64,000 nt of DNA from Nitrospinota bacterium (GCA_038108555.1 JAYNIA010000005.1:25071-89070), one strand, 5' to 3'. Counted from the stretch's first letter, positions 33,893 to 46,322 are shown. Program-made: numbers and translations. Notes: generated by a model from the sequence alone, not told the origin.

Positions 33893-34267
33893 TTATTTTT
33901 TTGGCTTTTTTGCGCCATATTTTGATCGACTCTGCATTCGCCCCTCAACTCCCAGCGTATCAAGACTTCCTCGGACCACGTGATACCTTACCCCCGGCAA
34001 GTCCTTAACTCGACCCCCACGGATCATTACAATGGAGTGCTCCTGCAGATTATGCCCAACACCCGGGATGTAGGTCGTAACCTCCATTCCATTGGTCAGA
34101 CGCACACGCGCCACCTTTCGGAGCGCCGAATTCGGTTTTTTTGGCGTCGAGGTATAAACCCTGACGCAAACTCCTCGCTTTTGAGGACAAGCTTTTAGAG
34201 CCGGACTATCGGTTTTCTTAACCGGCTTGGTCCTTCCGGCTTTCACTAATTGATTAATTGTTGGCAA
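33893..34267 (-). CDS. rpsL: 30S ribosomal protein S12
   Basis: [31 protein letters not shown] start. Confidence 0.98.
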   Translation of the reverse strand: MPTINQLVKAGRTKPVKKTDSPALKACPQKRGVCVRVYTSTPKKPNSALRKVARVRLTNGMEVTTYIPGVGHNLQEHSIVMIRGGRVKDLPGVRYHVVRGSLDTLGVEGRMQSRSKYGAKKPKK

Positions 34268-34408
34268 AAAATCATCCCCCCAAATTAAAAAACACGCATG
34301 GGCATCAAAAAAACTGAGCTTACCCCATCAAATAAAACTGAACGTACCCAATGAAGTCAATAAAAACAAAGGGTTAAATCAGGTAAAATATGGCGTGAAA
34401 AAGGTGTA

Positions 34409-34436
34409 ATTGTACCATTGAATATCCGGGAGTCAA
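34409..34436 (-). promoter_or_regulatory. putative sigma70 promoter of the str/S10/spc/alpha block
   Basis: Minus strand TTGACT-16 nt-TACAAT with an extended -10 TG, just after the rpoC stop. Confidence 0.65.
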
Positions 34437-34454
34437 GTTAAAAAAAAGGGGGAA

Positions 34455-37400
34455 TTATTCTGCCGCTACAGGCGTTTCCTCTTCCTCTTTTTCAACTGTA
34501 TTTTCCATTTCCGGTTCTTCAATGCGAATTCCGCTGTATGCCCGACACCCGGTTCCAGCCGGGATCAATCGGCCCATTGTCACATTTTCTTTTAAACCCA
34601 CTAAATTATCGCGTTTTCCACTGACACTCACTTCCGTCAATACGCGGGTCGTCTCCTGAAATGATGCTGCGGAGATGAAACTTTCGGTGCTCAACGAGGA
34701 CTTTGTAATTCCCAGGAGCACCGGAGCACCTTTAGCGGGTTTTTTCTTATTTTTTATTGCCTCCTGATTTGCTGCATTAAATACTTTTTTGGTGACTTGC
34801 TCACCGATCAAGAATTCAGTATCTCCTGAATCTTCAATGATCAAGTGGCGGAGCATTTGACGAACGATAACCTCAATATGTTTATCGTTAATCGCAACAC
34901 CCTGAAGTCGGTAAACCTCTTGTACTTCATTAACAAGGTATTTACGCAACTCGTCTTCACCCAGAACACGAAGGATGTCATGCGGGTTTGAAGCACCATC
35001 CATCAGGGCTTCACCAGCCACGACCTCATCACCTTCATGCACATTAATATGTTTTCCACGTGGGATCAGATATTCGCATTCGTCACCCGATTCACTTTCA
35101 ACAATTACTTTTCGCATTCCCTTCACAAAACCACCGAACTTAACTTTACCGGTGATCTCGGTGATGGTTGCCTGCTCATGGGGTTTCCTTGCCTCAAAAA
35201 GTTCTGCAACCCGGGGCAGACCCCCTGTGATGTCTTTTGTCTTCGCAGACTCACGAGGAATTTTTACAATCAAGTCACCGGCGTTTACATGATCGCCTTC
35301 ATTAACATTGATGTTTGCTCCCGCAGGCAGGATATACCGTCGAACGGTTTCACCGCTAGCATCTTTCAGTGAAATTCTTGGTTGTTTCTTTTCATCGCGA
35401 TGACTGATGATAACCTTGGTGGAAAGACCGGTGATCTCATCAAAGTCTTCCTTCATGGTCACACCTTCAACGATATCTCCAAATGCAATCGTCCCTTCAA
35501 CCTCGGTCAATATCGCATTGGTATATGGATCCCATTCGATCAGCGTTTGCCCTTCCTGCACTTCCTGACCATCATTGACTTTAAGTTTCGCTGCATACAC
35601 TACCGCGAATCTTTCTTTTTCCCTTCCAGTCTCATCTTGAATCACAAGACTTCCATTTCGATTCATTACGATGATTTCGCCCTGTTGATTTTTGAGAGTG
35701 CGGAGACCCATATATTTGACAACCCCTCCACGCTTGGTATTCAGCGTTGTCTGCTCCACCACCCGGCTTGCGGTTCCACCAATATGGAAGGTACGCATCG
35801 TCAACTGAGTGCCCGGCTCGCCGATGGATTGCGCCGCGATAACACCTACAGGCTCACCCACCTCAACCCATTTCAAAGTTGCCATGTTGCGACCGTAACA
35901 CTTGACACAGACCCCCTGCTTAGATTCACAAGTTAAACAGGAGCGGATTTTTACTTTTTCAATACCGGCATTTTCAATCGCAATTACCGTATCTTCTTCA
36001 ATGAGACTATCCGCTTCCGCCAGAATATTTCCTGTAAAGGGATCGACCACATCTTCGAGAACCGTTCGCCCTAAAATCCTTTCGCCCAAAGGCTGGATTA
36101 TTTCGCCGGCTTCAATCAAAGCAATGGCATCAATGCCTTTCAACGTTCCACAGTCGTCCTCCTGAACGATCATGTCCTGAGCAACATCCACCAGACGACG
36201 CGTCAGGTAACCGGAGTTTGCAGTTTTAAGCGCGGTATCCGCCAGACCTTTTCGCGCACCATGAGTAGAAATGAAATATTGAATAACTGAAAGACCTTCA
36301 CGGAAATTTGCGGTGATAGGTGTTTCAATAATTTCACCCGAAGGTTTGGCCATCAGCCCCCTCATTCCCGCCAACTGCCTTAGCTGCTGCGCACTTCCCC
36401 TTGCACCGGAGTCAGCCATAATAAAAATGGAATTAAAATCTTTATCCGTTTTACCATTGACCGTATCCTCATCTTCACTTTCCAGTTCCTTAAACATTTC
36501 TTCGGAAACCTTTTCAGTGACGTGCGCCCAAATATCGATAACCTTGTTGTAACGCTCACCATTGGTGATCAAACCATCGCGATACTGCTTATGAACCCGA
36601 AGCACTTCATCGTTGGTTTTATCCACCAATTTGACTTTGGTTTTCGGTATCCGCATCTGATCAATCGAAATGGTGAGGCCCGCTTCGGTTGCATATTTAA
36701 ATCCGAGCCGCTTGACATCATCCAGCAGGGTCACTGTTTTTTCCCTACCCACCACCAGGAAGGATTGGAAAATAAGATCAGAAAGCGATTTCTTATCCAT
36801 CAATCGGTTGACCAGTTCAAAGGGCAATCCTTTTGGAAGGATCTCACCCAAAAGAACTCGACCAGTGGTCGTTTGCGTAAGCACATTATCGATTCGCACC
36901 ATAATCATCGCCTGAAGATCAAGCTCATCATGGTCATAGGCGGCAATCACTTCTTTCTGGTCGGCAAAAACTTTCCCGCTTCCTTTCACGCCACCACGAA
37001 TTTTTGTCATGTAGTAACAACCCAAAACGATGTCCTGAGTCGGAACAGCAATAGGTCGACCATTCGCAGGAGACAGGACGTTGTTGGAGGACATCATCAA
37101 CAACTTACATTCCGTTCTAGCCTCCATGGAAAGAGGAACGTGGACCGCCATCTGATCACCATCAAAGTCCGCATTAAATGCGGTACAAACCATCGGGTGA
37201 ACCTGAATTGCCTTCCCTTCGATCAACAGCGGTTCAAAGGCCTGGATTCCCAATCGATGCAAAGTGGGCGCGCGGTTTAAAAGTACTGGGTGGTTTTTTA
37301 CTACTTCTTCAAGAACTTCCCAAACTTCAGAGCGTTCCTGCTCAACCATTTTCTTGGCTGTTTTTATTGTGGTTGCATAACCTTTTTCTTCCAGTCGATT

Positions 37401-38543
37401 GAACACGAATGGCTTGAAAAGCTCCAACGCCATTTTCTTGGGAAGACCACATTGATGAAACTTCAAATGGGGACCTACTACGATGACCGAGCGACCGGAG
37501 TAATCGACCCGTTTCCCTAAAAGGTTCTGCCGGAACCGACCCTGCTTTCCTTTAAGCATATCGCTCAGAGATTTTAGGGGACGCTTGTTGGTTCCGCGGA
37601 GAGTGCGGCCTCGTCGACCGTTATCGAACAATGCCGAAACGGCTTCCTGCAACATTCTTTTTTCGTTGCGAATGATAATCTGTGGCGCCTTTAATTCCTG
37701 CAAACGCTTGAGCCTGTTATTCCTGTTAATGACCCTTCTATAGAGATCATTCAAGTCGGAAGTAGCAAATCGTCCGCCATCCAACGGAACCAGGGGACGC
37801 AACTCCGGTGGAATGACCGGAATGACCTGCAGGATCATCCATTCAGGCTTATTGCCTGATTTTCTGAAAGCCTCAATGATCTTCAACCGTTTGGCAATTT
37901 TTCTTTTATTCATTACCGACTTGGTGGTGGTCATTTCTTCTTTCAACTGCAAAGACACATCATCCAAGTTCATGGGCCTGAGAAGTTCCGCCACACCTTC
38001 CGCACCAATCATTGCACGGAAAGTATCGGGGAATTCCATTTCCATCTCACGGTATTCCTCTTCGGTCAAAATCTGACCCACTTCCATGTCTGAATCACCA
38101 GGATCGGTGACCACATAATTTTCAAAATAGATAATTCGTTCCAGGTCTTTGAGAGGAATATCCAGCAAATGCCCGAGCCGGCTTGGAAGACCTTTGAAGT
38201 ACCAGATATGAGCAACAGGTGTTGCCAGCTCAATGTGAGCCAGTCGTTCGCGTCTAACCTTGGAAAGAGTAACCTCAACTCCGCATTTTTCACAGATCAC
38301 ACCCTTGTGCTTCATACGTTTGTATTTACCGCAGGTGCACTCCCAGTCTTTAACTGGACCAAAAATTTTCGCACAGAACAATCCATCCCGTTCCGGCTTG
38401 AACGTCCGGTAATTAATGGTTTCGGGTTTTTTGACTTCTCCATAAGACCATGAACGGATTTTTTCTGGAGAAGCAATTCGAACCCGGATTGCATCAAATA
38501 AAATAGGATTTTTTGGCTTATCGAAATTTGTCAGGCTATCCAC
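34455..38543 (-). CDS. rpoC: RNA polymerase beta' subunit
   Basis: Catalytic NADFDGD; N-terminal zinc finger WECTCG...[15 protein letters not shown] start. Confidence 0.99.
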   Translation of the reverse strand: MDSLTNFDKPKNPILFDAIRVRIASPEKIRSWSYGEVKKPETINYRTFKPERDGLFCAKIFGPVKDWECTCGKYKRMKHKGVICEKCGVEVTLSKVRRERLAHIELATPVAHIWYFKGLPSRLGHLLDIPLKDLERIIYFENYVVTDPGDSDMEVGQILTEEEYREMEMEFPDTFRAMIGAEGVAELLRPMNLDDVSLQLKEEMTTTKSVMNKRKIAKRLKIIEAFRKSGNKPEWMILQVIPVIPPELRPLVPLDGGRFATSDLNDLYRRVINRNNRLKRLQELKAPQIIIRNEKRMLQEAVSALFDNGRRGRTLRGTNKRPLKSLSDMLKGKQGRFRQNLLGKRVDYSGRSVIVVGPHLKFHQCGLPKKMALELFKPFVFNRLEEKGYATTIKTAKKMVEQERSEVWEVLEEVVKNHPVLLNRAPTLHRLGIQAFEPLLIEGKAIQVHPMVCTAFNADFDGDQMAVHVPLSMEARTECKLLMMSSNNVLSPANGRPIAVPTQDIVLGCYYMTKIRGGVKGSGKVFADQKEVIAAYDHDELDLQAMIMVRIDNVLTQTTTGRVLLGEILPKGLPFELVNRLMDKKSLSDLIFQSFLVVGREKTVTLLDDVKRLGFKYATEAGLTISIDQMRIPKTKVKLVDKTNDEVLRVHKQYRDGLITNGERYNKVIDIWAHVTEKVSEEMFKELESEDEDTVNGKTDKDFNSIFIMADSGARGSAQQLRQLAGMRGLMAKPSGEIIETPITANFREGLSVIQYFISTHGARKGLADTALKTANSGYLTRRLVDVAQDMIVQEDDCGTLKGIDAIALIEAGEIIQPLGERILGRTVLEDVVDPFTGNILAEADSLIEEDTVIAIENAGIEKVKIRSCLTCESKQGVCVKCYGRNMATLKWVEVGEPVGVIAAQSIGEPGTQLTMRTFHIGGTASRVVEQTTLNTKRGGVVKYMGLRTLKNQQGEIIVMNRNGSLVIQDETGREKERFAVVYAAKLKVNDGQEVQEGQTLIEWDPYTNAILTEVEGTIAFGDIVEGVTMKEDFDEITGLSTKVIISHRDEKKQPRISLKDASGETVRRYILPAGANINVNEGDHVNAGDLIVKIPRESAKTKDITGGLPRVAELFEARKPHEQATITEITGKVKFGGFVKGMRKVIVESESGDECEYLIPRGKHINVHEGDEVVAGEALMDGASNPHDILRVLGEDELRKYLVNEVQEVYRLQGVAINDKHIEVIVRQMLRHLIIEDSGDTEFLIGEQVTKKVFNAANQEAIKNKKKPAKGAPVLLGITKSSLSTESFISAASFQETTRVLTEVSVSGKRDNLVGLKENVTMGRLIPAGTGCRAYSGIRIEEPEMENTVEKEEEETPVAAE

Positions 38544-38650
38544 TAGGGATTTCTCCTTTAATTAAGGTTTTCGCAAACCGCTATATTTTTTCTTTAAAGG
38601 TCCCACTCAAAAACTCGGAACCCAACTGGGTCAAACGGAAAATAGATTTT

Positions 38651-41600
38651 CTATTTTCCCGATTCAATCAACTCGACATCAATGGCCAAGCTCTGCAACT
38701 CTTTAACGAGAACGTTAAAAGACTCAGGCAGACTCGGGTTGAGATGCGTGTCCCCCTTAACTATGGCTTCGTACATACGCTTACGACCTTCAACATCATC
38801 CGACTTAACAGTAAGCATTTCTTGAAGGGTATACGCTGCACCGTATGCTTCCAGCGCCCAAACTTCCATCTCCCCCAGCCGTTGCCCACCGAACTGGGCC
38901 TTACCGCCCAACGGCTGTTGCGTAACCAGAGAATAGGGTCCTGTTGAACGCGCGTGAATTTTGTCATCAACCAGATGATGGAGTTTCAATATGTACAGAT
39001 AACCCACCATCACCTTTTGTCGGAACGGCTGACCGGATCGACCATCAATCAAAGTCACCTCACCGGTTTCAGAGCATTCACCCTGCCGCAGCAATTCCCG
39101 AACCTCATCTTCTTTGGCACCATCGAAGACCGGCGTTGCCATATGTTTCTCATTTGCTTTGGCTGCCATTCCCAGGTTGGTTTCCAATATTTGCCCCACG
39201 TTCATTCGCGAGGGAACACCCAGTGGATTCAAAATGAGTTCGATCGGCTTACCACTTTCCATATAGGGCATATCCTCTTCAGGAACAATGGTTGAAACCA
39301 CACCCTTGTTACCATGCCGCCCCGCCATCTTGTCACCCACCTGAAGCTTGCGCTTCATTGCCATGAATACTTTCACCAACTTGATTACGCCGGGAGACAG
39401 GTCGTCACCCTTTTTCAAGCGGGCGACCTTCTCTTCCAACATGGACTTGAGAATTGAGACCTGCTCTTTTGAGCTGGCTTCCATTTCAAGAAGGGTTTTC
39501 TCTTCCACTCCCTGGGCCGGCACTTTTGCCAAATCTTTAATACCCATTTTGGCGATGGCCTCTTCTTCGATGGCCTCACCCTTTTTAAAATCCACCTTGC
39601 CCACAGTCGTGGATTTGGATGCATTCTTACCTACCAGCAGGGAACACATTTTTTTCGCGGTTTCACTTTTTACGATGGCAATTTCATCGTTATAATCCTT
39701 TTCGATCATAGCGATTTCTTCTTCTTCAATTGCCAGCGTGCGCGAGTCTTTATCGATTCCCTTTCGAGAGAAAACCTTCACATCGATAACGGTTCCATGC
39801 ACTCCAGGAGGAACCCGAAGAGACGTATCCCGAACATCGCCTGCTTTCTCACCGAAAATGGCTTTTAAAAGTTTTTCCTCAGGACTGAGCTGGGTTTCAC
39901 CCTTAGGAGTGATTTTCCCAACCAGGATGTCGTTCGGCTTGACATTCGCCCCCACACGGATGATTCCACTCTCATCCAAATTCTTCAGAGCTTCTTCCCC
40001 CAGGTTGGAAATGTCACGGGTGATCTCCTCCTTACCCTGCTTGGTATCGCGGGCCTCAACTTCAAACTCTTCGATATGCACGGAGGTGTAAACATCTTCC
40101 TTAACCAGTTTTTCACTTACGATAATTGCATCTTCAAAGTTGTAACCATCCCAAGGCATGAATGCGACAAGGATATTACGCCCCAATGCAAGTTCGCCAT
40201 GATCTGTTGCAGGCCCATCTGCAAGCACATCTCCCTTTTTCACCTTCTGCCCGGAAGAGACCCGGGGACGCTGGTTAATACAGGTGTTCTGGTTCGAACG
40301 TTGATACTTGTTCAATGAATAAATATCTACATTCGAGTCCAGTTGACTTCGGCGCGTTTTAACTTTTCCCACCGGTTTCTTTTCGGTACGGATAACAATG
40401 CGCGTTGCATCTGCACTGATTACCACACCATCATTTTCAGCCACCACCACTGCACCTGAGTCGTGCGCCACAATGGCTTCCATTCCGGTTCCTACCAGAG
40501 GAGCCTCGGATTGCAGCAAAGGCACTGCCTGGCGCTGCATGTTTGATCCCATCAACGCACGGTTCGCGTCATCATTTTCCAGGAAAGGAATCAAGGATGC
40601 GGCCACACTGATCAACTGTTTGGGTGACACATCCATAAAATCCACTTTCTCACGTGGAGAGAGAACAAAGTCTCCTCCTTTACGCGCCGACACGATGGGG
40701 TCGGAGAACCTTTTCTTTTCATCCATCTTGGCATTGGCCTGGGCGATAACATAGCTGTCTTCCACTAAAGCGGTGTGAAACTCTACATCATCCTTAGCCA
40801 CAGAGTCCTCAACCTTTCGGTATGGCGTTTCGATAAACCCGTAGTCATTTACCCGCGCATAAGTACTAAGAGAGGCAATCAATCCGATATTGGGTCCCTC
40901 AGGAGTCTCAATCGGACAGATTCGACCGTAATGGGTCGGATGCACATCACGCACTTCAAATCCTGCACGCTCTCGTGTCAGACCTCCCGGTCCCAACGCA
41001 CTCAACCTTCTTTTATGAGTGACCTCAGAGAGGGGATTGGTTTGATCCATAAACTGGGACAGCTGACTGCTTCCAAAAAATTCCTTAATGGCAGCCGTCA
41101 CCGGTTTTGAATTGATCAGATCGTGTGGCATAGAAACATCCAGATCCTGAATGGACATTCTTTCAATGATTGCCCGTTCCATTCTCACGATACCGACACG
41201 GAACTGGTTCTCCAGAGATTCTCCGACCGCCCGAACCCTTCGATTACCCAAGTGGTCAATATCGTCAATATCTCCGATACCGTTTTTCAGGTCGATGATA
41301 TGCTTCACGACCGCCACCAGATCTTCCAAGGTCAGCAACCGGTTTTCCAAAGGAATATCCAAGCCAAACTTCTGGTTCAATTTGATGCGTCCCACCACCG
41401 ATAAATTGTAACGCTTTGGATTGAAAAACAAATTCGCAAAAAGAGAACGCGCTATTTCCGGTGTTGGAGGATCTCCCGGTCGCAACCTTTTATAAATTTC
41501 CTTAATCGCCTCTTCCTGGCTTTGGGTTTTTGCTATTGCCAGGGTATCGCGGATAACAGTATCTGAGGTTTCTTCGTCAATATGCAAAATTTGGATTTCA

Positions 41601-42868
41601 CTGAGCTTGTTTTTCTTGATGACCTCAAGAACGCCTTCCGTGATTTCCTGGTTGGACTCGACCTCAATTTCACCGGTCTCAGGATCCACGATTTCATCAA
41701 ACAGGAACCTGCCGATCAAACTTTCCGGATCGATCTCAACCTTGGTGGATCGGGTAATCCGGCTCAATTTTTTCGCCGCACCCACAGTGACCTTTTTACC
41801 GGCCTTGAGAACCACATCATCCGTTTTCGGATCAATCACGTCTTCCTTCACCTTGAATCCGATAAGCAAATTTTTACTTCCCATAAAGAAGCGGAAGTCT
41901 TTTGCAGTAATACTTACTTTTTCAATGGAATAGTAGGTTTCGAGAATGGTTTTGGTATCCATTCCAAAAGCCTGCAAAAGGATCGTTGCCGGAAGCTTGC
42001 GCCTGCGGTCAATCTTCACATAAAGAAGATCCTTGATATCGAATTCGAAGTCGACCCAGGAACCGCGGTCAGGAATGATCCGTGCAGAATAGAGAATTTT
42101 TCCGCTAACATGAGATTTTCCCTTGTCATGAGAAAAGAAAGCCCCGGGAGAGCGATGCATCTGACTGACAATAACTCGCTCAACACCATTGATCATGAAG
42201 GTGCCAGTGGGGCCCATCACGGGCATTTCACCCAGAAATATCTTTTGCTCTTTAACTTCGCGAACCGAATTGATGGTTACCTGGGGAACTTTTTCTTTTT
42301 CCAGGAGGGCAATTATTTCATCGGTGACTTCAGTCTTTGCCGGAATCAGGTTCTTGGACGTACCCGGTTTTTTGACCTCTTCTACAATGACTTTTCCGTG
42401 AAGGTTTTTAAGGCTGCGGGCATTGATATCCACTGCCTCTCGATCAAAAAGCACGAGCCGGACCATGATTTTGATCGGATCAGAATAGGTGAGACCCTTC
42501 TGGCGGCATTCACTAAACTTGTGCTTTTCTTTATAGGTAACTTCTTCGTTACAGGAGTCACAAATAATATTTGGCCCGCCGAGCTCCTTGTACTCACCAC
42601 AGGAACACTCCCATATACCGACTTCGAAGCCGACATATTCAATCCGAGCGTTAACGTTCAGGTCAGAAATTGGGAAGACATCACTAAAAACATCTTCCAA
42701 TCCCCTCACCTGTCGCTCATGCGGAGCCACGTCCCATTGCAGGAAATACTCGAAGGATTTTTTTTGTATCTCTATTAAGTTTGGAATTCCAATGACGGTA
42801 GGAATTCGCGCGAAATTTTTTCTTTGTCTAAGATTGCCAAGCGCCCTTTGAGAACGGTTTTTTGACAT
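38651..42868 (-). CDS. rpoB: RNA polymerase beta subunit with N-terminal lineage-specific insertions
   Basis: [50 protein letters not shown]. Confidence 0.99.
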   Translation of the reverse strand: MSKNRSQRALGNLRQRKNFARIPTVIGIPNLIEIQKKSFEYFLQWDVAPHERQVRGLEDVFSDVFPISDLNVNARIEYVGFEVGIWECSCGEYKELGGPNIICDSCNEEVTYKEKHKFSECRQKGLTYSDPIKIMVRLVLFDREAVDINARSLKNLHGKVIVEEVKKPGTSKNLIPAKTEVTDEIIALLEKEKVPQVTINSVREVKEQKIFLGEMPVMGPTGTFMINGVERVIVSQMHRSPGAFFSHDKGKSHVSGKILYSARIIPDRGSWVDFEFDIKDLLYVKIDRRRKLPATILLQAFGMDTKTILETYYSIEKVSITAKDFRFFMGSKNLLIGFKVKEDVIDPKTDDVVLKAGKKVTVGAAKKLSRITRSTKVEIDPESLIGRFLFDEIVDPETGEIEVESNQEITEGVLEVIKKNKLSEIQILHIDEETSDTVIRDTLAIAKTQSQEEAIKEIYKRLRPGDPPTPEIARSLFANLFFNPKRYNLSVVGRIKLNQKFGLDIPLENRLLTLEDLVAVVKHIIDLKNGIGDIDDIDHLGNRRVRAVGESLENQFRVGIVRMERAIIERMSIQDLDVSMPHDLINSKPVTAAIKEFFGSSQLSQFMDQTNPLSEVTHKRRLSALGPGGLTRERAGFEVRDVHPTHYGRICPIETPEGPNIGLIASLSTYARVNDYGFIETPYRKVEDSVAKDDVEFHTALVEDSYVIAQANAKMDEKKRFSDPIVSARKGGDFVLSPREKVDFMDVSPKQLISVAASLIPFLENDDANRALMGSNMQRQAVPLLQSEAPLVGTGMEAIVAHDSGAVVVAENDGVVISADATRIVIRTEKKPVGKVKTRRSQLDSNVDIYSLNKYQRSNQNTCINQRPRVSSGQKVKKGDVLADGPATDHGELALGRNILVAFMPWDGYNFEDAIIVSEKLVKEDVYTSVHIEEFEVEARDTKQGKEEITRDISNLGEEALKNLDESGIIRVGANVKPNDILVGKITPKGETQLSPEEKLLKAIFGEKAGDVRDTSLRVPPGVHGTVIDVKVFSRKGIDKDSRTLAIEEEEIAMIEKDYNDEIAIVKSETAKKMCSLLVGKNASKSTTVGKVDFKKGEAIEEEAIAKMGIKDLAKVPAQGVEEKTLLEMEASSKEQVSILKSMLEEKVARLKKGDDLSPGVIKLVKVFMAMKRKLQVGDKMAGRHGNKGVVSTIVPEEDMPYMESGKPIELILNPLGVPSRMNVGQILETNLGMAAKANEKHMATPVFDGAKEDEVRELLRQGECSETGEVTLIDGRSGQPFRQKVMVGYLYILKLHHLVDDKIHARSTGPYSLVTQQPLGGKAQFGGQRLGEMEVWALEAYGAAYTLQEMLTVKSDDVEGRKRMYEAIVKGDTHLNPSLPESFNVLVKELQSLAIDVELIESGK

Positions 42869-42949
42869 AAGGCAGCATCCTTCTGGGAGAAAGATTAACG
42901 GAAAATTTAACTGCTAACACAAATGCAAAACTGTTGCATCCAATCTCCG

Positions 42950-43330
42950 TTACTTAACCTCCACAGTACCGCCAGCCTCCTCGATTTTCTTTTTAATTTC
43001 TTCAGCTTCCTCTTTTTTCACGCCTTCTTTAATTGGCTTTGGAGCACCCTCCACCAAATCCTTCGCATCCTTCAAGCCCAAACCGGTAATGGTCCGAACT
43101 TCCTTAATGACCTGGATTTTCTTATCACCAGCTGCAGCAAGAATAACATCGAACTCGGTTTTTTCTTCAGCAGCCGCATCTCCTCCACCTGCAGCAGGAG
43201 CAGCAACAGCAACAGCAGGAGCTGCCGCAGTCACACCATATTTTTCTTCCAGTTCTTTTACAAACTCTGACATTTCCAAAACTGTCATATTATCGATAAA
43301 GGAAACTACGTCTTCCTTAGTGGCGGCCAT
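42950..43330 (-). CDS. rplL: 50S ribosomal protein L7/L12
   Basis: Ala-rich hinge, [29 protein letters not shown]. Confidence 0.98.
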   Translation of the reverse strand: MAATKEDVVSFIDNMTVLEMSEFVKELEEKYGVTAAAPAVAVAAPAAGGGDAAAEEKTEFDVILAAAGDKKIQVIKEVRTITGLGLKDAKDLVEGAPKPIKEGVKKEEAEEIKKKIEEAGGTVEVK

Positions 43331-43413
43331 TACGCCCTCCTTTCAAAAAATGTTTTTTCTATAAAATCTGATTCAATAATTTATCAACCACGATCCCCCA
43401 TCAGGGAACCGGT

Positions 43414-43941
43414 CTATTCGGATGCCTTTTTCTCTTTGATCGCCTCCAGCGTACCCACCAGTTTTCTCAGCAAACCACTCAGCGCTCCAACAAAATTTGT
43501 AGTTGGACCGTTCATGGTTGAAAGCAACTGGGCAATGAGCTGTTCTTTTGAAGGCAGATCAGCAAGCGCTTTTACTTCTTCCGGGGTCACCTTCTTCCCC
43601 TCAACAACACCGCAAATCACTTTGGGTGATTTTGCCGCACCGGATTTTGCATAGTCGGCCAGGGCTTTTGCCGGCGCAACCGCGTCATCAAAACTTAATA
43701 CAAGTGAAACCGGGCCACTGAATTCCTTATCCAACAACTCAAACGGAGTATTTTTTGCAGCCTGCCTTGCCAGGGTATTTTTTATCACCCGAAAATCAAT
43801 TGCCCGTCCGCGCATGTGACTGCGCAGGGCCGTTAATTCAGGAGCATCAATCCCCTGATAATTGGCCAGAACCGCAGACTTGGCCTTCAGGAAAACCCCG
43901 TTAAGCTCTTCAACTTTTTTTATCTTTTCTGCATTTGGCAC
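43414..43941 (-). CDS. rplJ: 50S ribosomal protein L10
   Basis: VIKNTLA, LADLPSKEQL; start set to GTG 43941 (GAGGTG upstream). Confidence 0.96.
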   Translation of the reverse strand: MPNAEKIKKVEELNGVFLKAKSAVLANYQGIDAPELTALRSHMRGRAIDFRVIKNTLARQAAKNTPFELLDKEFSGPVSLVLSFDDAVAPAKALADYAKSGAAKSPKVICGVVEGKKVTPEEVKALADLPSKEQLIAQLLSTMNGPTTNFVGALSGLLRKLVGTLEAIKEKKASE

Positions 43942-43990
43942 GGTCGCCACCTCTTTCAATTACCACCCCGCAACCGGGGATTTTTTCAAA

Positions 43991-44680
43991 TTAATTTGGC
44001 GTATACGCCACTCGGACCCCAACCCCCATCGTGGTGGAAACCGATACACCCTTAACATAATGCCCTTTGCTTGAAGCCGGCTTAGCTTTGATCAAGGCAG
44101 ACATCAGAGCCTGGAAGTTTTCCTCCAGATCCTCCACTGAAAAACTGGCTTTTCCAAGGGAGGCATGAATAATTCCCGACTTATCCACGCGGTAATCCAC
44201 TTTCCCCGCCTGGATCTGCTCGATAGCCTGCTTCACATCAAACGTAACCGTTCCCGTCTTCGGATTTGGCATCAATCCTCTAGGACCTAAAACTTTTCCA
44301 AGCTTACCCACCTGACCCATCATGTCGGGTGTGGCAACCACACGGTCAAACTCCATCCAACCACCTTGTATTTTCGCCACGAGATCATCACCACCAACCT
44401 CTTCCGCACCTGCAGCACGTGCCTCTGATTCCTTTTCTCCCTTAGCGAAAACAAGGACACGGAATTTCTTTCCGGTTCCTTTTGGCAAAACCACACTTCC
44501 GCGAATATTCTGGTCTGCTTTTCTGGGATCCAAACTCAACCTAATGGCAACATCCACTGACTCATCAAATTTTTCCGAATTGGATTCCTTCGCAAGCCCA
44601 ATTGCCTCCTTCAATTCATACTTTTTATCTGAATCAATTTTCTCGGCTGCAGCCCTGTATTTCTTTCCGTGTTTCGGCAT
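43991..44680 (-). CDS. rplA: 50S ribosomal protein L1
   Basis: [32 protein letters not shown]. Confidence 0.98.
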   Translation of the reverse strand: MPKHGKKYRAAAEKIDSDKKYELKEAIGLAKESNSEKFDESVDVAIRLSLDPRKADQNIRGSVVLPKGTGKKFRVLVFAKGEKESEARAAGAEEVGGDDLVAKIQGGWMEFDRVVATPDMMGQVGKLGKVLGPRGLMPNPKTGTVTFDVKQAIEQIQAGKVDYRVDKSGIIHASLGKASFSVEDLEENFQALMSALIKAKPASSKGHYVKGVSVSTTMGVGVRVAYTPN

Positions 44681-44688
44681 AATCTCAA

Positions 44689-45117
44689 TTAACCTTCTAC
44701 TTTTAACCCCATGCTTTTTGCAGATCCTTTAATGATATTTACCGCCATATCCAGATCCTCGGCATTCAGGTCTTCCATTTTAGTTTTTGCAATTTCCTGA
44801 ACCTGCTCCAGGGTCACTTTTCCAACAAACTCACGACTGGGATTAGAAGATCCCTTCGCAATTCCCGCTGCCTGCTTCAATAACGCAGATGCAGGAGGCG
44901 ACTTGGTAACAAATGAAAAACTTCGGTCTTTGTAGACCTCAATTATTACCGGGATGATGCTTCCTTCCTGCCCCTGGGTTTTTGCATTGAACGCCTTACA
45001 AAAATCCATTATTGCGACCCCATGCTGTCCGAGCGCAGGCCCGACCGGCGGGGAAGGGGTTGCCTGACCCGCAGGAATTTGAAGCTTGATTTGACCCATT
45101 ATTTCTTTGGTAGCCAC
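44689..45117 (-). CDS. rplK: 50S ribosomal protein L11
   Basis: [24 protein letters not shown] start. Confidence 0.98.
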   Translation of the reverse strand: MATKEIMGQIKLQIPAGQATPSPPVGPALGQHGVAIMDFCKAFNAKTQGQEGSIIPVIIEVYKDRSFSFVTKSPPASALLKQAAGIAKGSSNPSREFVGKVTLEQVQEIAKTKMEDLNAEDLDMAVNIIKGSAKSMGLKVEG

Positions 45118-45158
45118 TCTCTATACCTCTTCAATCACCACTTGATTATTTAACTAAT

Positions 45159-45689
45159 TCACACCCGCTCAATTTGAGGGAACTCAAGCTCCACCGGAGT
45201 GGCACGACCAAAAATGGAAACCATCACCCTGACTTTACCTTTGTCGTGATTCACATCTTCCACGACACCATTAAAGTTAAGGAAAGGCCCATCGATTACG
45301 CGCACACTTTCTCCCTTCTCAAACGAGAACTTCGGCTTCGGCCGGGTCGACTCTCCCTTTATCTGGTCCATGATGGATTTAACCTCATCCTCTGAAAGAG
45401 GGACCGGCTCAGAACTTCCCCCGAGAAAACCCGTTACTTTGGGGGTATTCTTAATCATGTACCAAATATCCTGATTCATATCGACGTTGATAAGGATATA
45501 ACCCGGAAAAAATTTTCGCGAAGAAACTTTTTTCTTTCCCTTTCGAACCTCGACTACTTCCTCAGTGGGTATGACCACTTCACCAAAACGATCACTAAAA
45601 TTCGAGTGACCGAATTGCTCCTCTATGCTTAACTTCACCTTCCGCTCGAAACCGGAATAGGTGTGGATAACATACCATTGCTTAGACAA
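45159..45689 (-). CDS. nusG: transcription elongation factor NusG
   Basis: [40 protein letters not shown] start. Confidence 0.98.
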   Translation of the reverse strand: MSKQWYVIHTYSGFERKVKLSIEEQFGHSNFSDRFGEVVIPTEEVVEVRKGKKKVSSRKFFPGYILINVDMNQDIWYMIKNTPKVTGFLGGSSEPVPLSEDEVKSIMDQIKGESTRPKPKFSFEKGESVRVIDGPFLNFNGVVEDVNHDKGKVRVMVSIFGRATPVELEFPQIERV

Positions 45690-45700
45690 TATTCACCCGC

Positions 45701-45889
45701 TTAAATATTTATGAGCCCTTGAACGATCTTGGAAAGAACCGCATCAACAATTCCCAAAAACATGGCCATCAGCAAAACCACAAAAACCACCACGGCCGTT
45801 CCACTCATGGCCTCCCGTCGACTAGGCCACGTTACTTTTTTTACTTCGGCCTTAACCTCAGCCAGAAATTCGACCGCTTTTGCAATCAT
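45701..45889 (-). CDS. secE: preprotein translocase subunit SecE (single transmembrane helix)
   Basis: EVKAEVKKVTWP followed by one hydrophobic helix; start set to ATG 45889 because the longer ORF runs through tRNA-Trp. Confidence 0.95.
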   Translation of the reverse strand: MIAKAVEFLAEVKAEVKKVTWPSRREAMSGTAVVVFVVLLMAMFLGIVDAVLSKIVQGLINI

Positions 45890-45909
45890 AACCCTCAAAA
45901 AATTTAATA

Positions 45910-45983
45910 CAGGCCAGGAGGGATTCGAACCCCCAACCCTCGGATTTGGAATCCGATGCTCTACCAATTAGAGCTACTGGCCT
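45910..45983 (-). tRNA. tRNA-Trp(CCA)
   Basis: Cloverleaf AGGCCAG...CTGGCCT, anticodon loop TTCCAAA, T-loop TTCGAAT; 3' CCA not encoded. Confidence 0.97.
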
Positions 45984-46073
45984 ATCAAACTGAACCTCGC
46001 CAGCCCAGGAAGGGGAATAAATATTCTCGCCAGACACCCTTATTAGCATCCCGCACCCTACCGCCTGATTTTT

Positions 46074-46223
46074 TTATTTTGTTTCTTTATGGGGGGCGTG
46101 CTTTCCGCAAAACCTACAATACTTCTTAAACTCCAACCTTTGCGTGGTGGTCTTCTTATTTTTCGTAGTCGAATAATTTTTCCGATTACATTCTTCACAT
46201 GCCAAATGTACTATAACTCTCAT
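46074..46223 (-). CDS. rpmG: 50S ribosomal protein L33 (49 aa, zinc-binding type, missing from the ORF track)
   Basis: Hand translation [49 protein letters not shown]. Confidence 0.96.
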   Translation of the reverse strand: MRVIVHLACEECNRKNYSTTKNKKTTTQRLEFKKYCRFCGKHAPHKETK

Positions 46224-46322
46224 AATTCCCAACAACCTTTAAATTTAATGCGACCAACCCCCCGGTATTCTCTCGCATTATTTGAAAATTGACGACCTTT
46301 CACCACTACAACCAAAACCCGA

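Noticed and set aside
33893..41100. Antibiotic-resistance alleles in RpsL and RpoB (and MurA)
   Set aside because: S12 PKKPNS and RVKD, the RpoB rifampicin cluster I (Q, D, H, S residues) and the MurA active-site Cys all look wild type.
41582..42778. 398-aa plus-strand ORF (also 25227-25967, 27183-27857, 32764-33420, 36522-37280)
   Set aside because: Antisense shadows of rpoB, ribosomal protein genes, fusA and rpoC; no recognisable motifs; expected from codon bias.
45890..45967. N-terminal extension of SecE given by the ORF track (similar extensions for rplE, rplW, rpsH, rpoA, rplJ, rpsT)
   Set aside because: Runs through tRNA-Trp or upstream genes; downstream starts have a better SD and match family lengths.
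45996..46033. Direct repeat CTCGCCAG twice, 30 nt apart, between rpmG and tRNA-Trp
   Set aside because: Only two 8-mers; no array or att-like tRNA-end duplication; compatible with chance.
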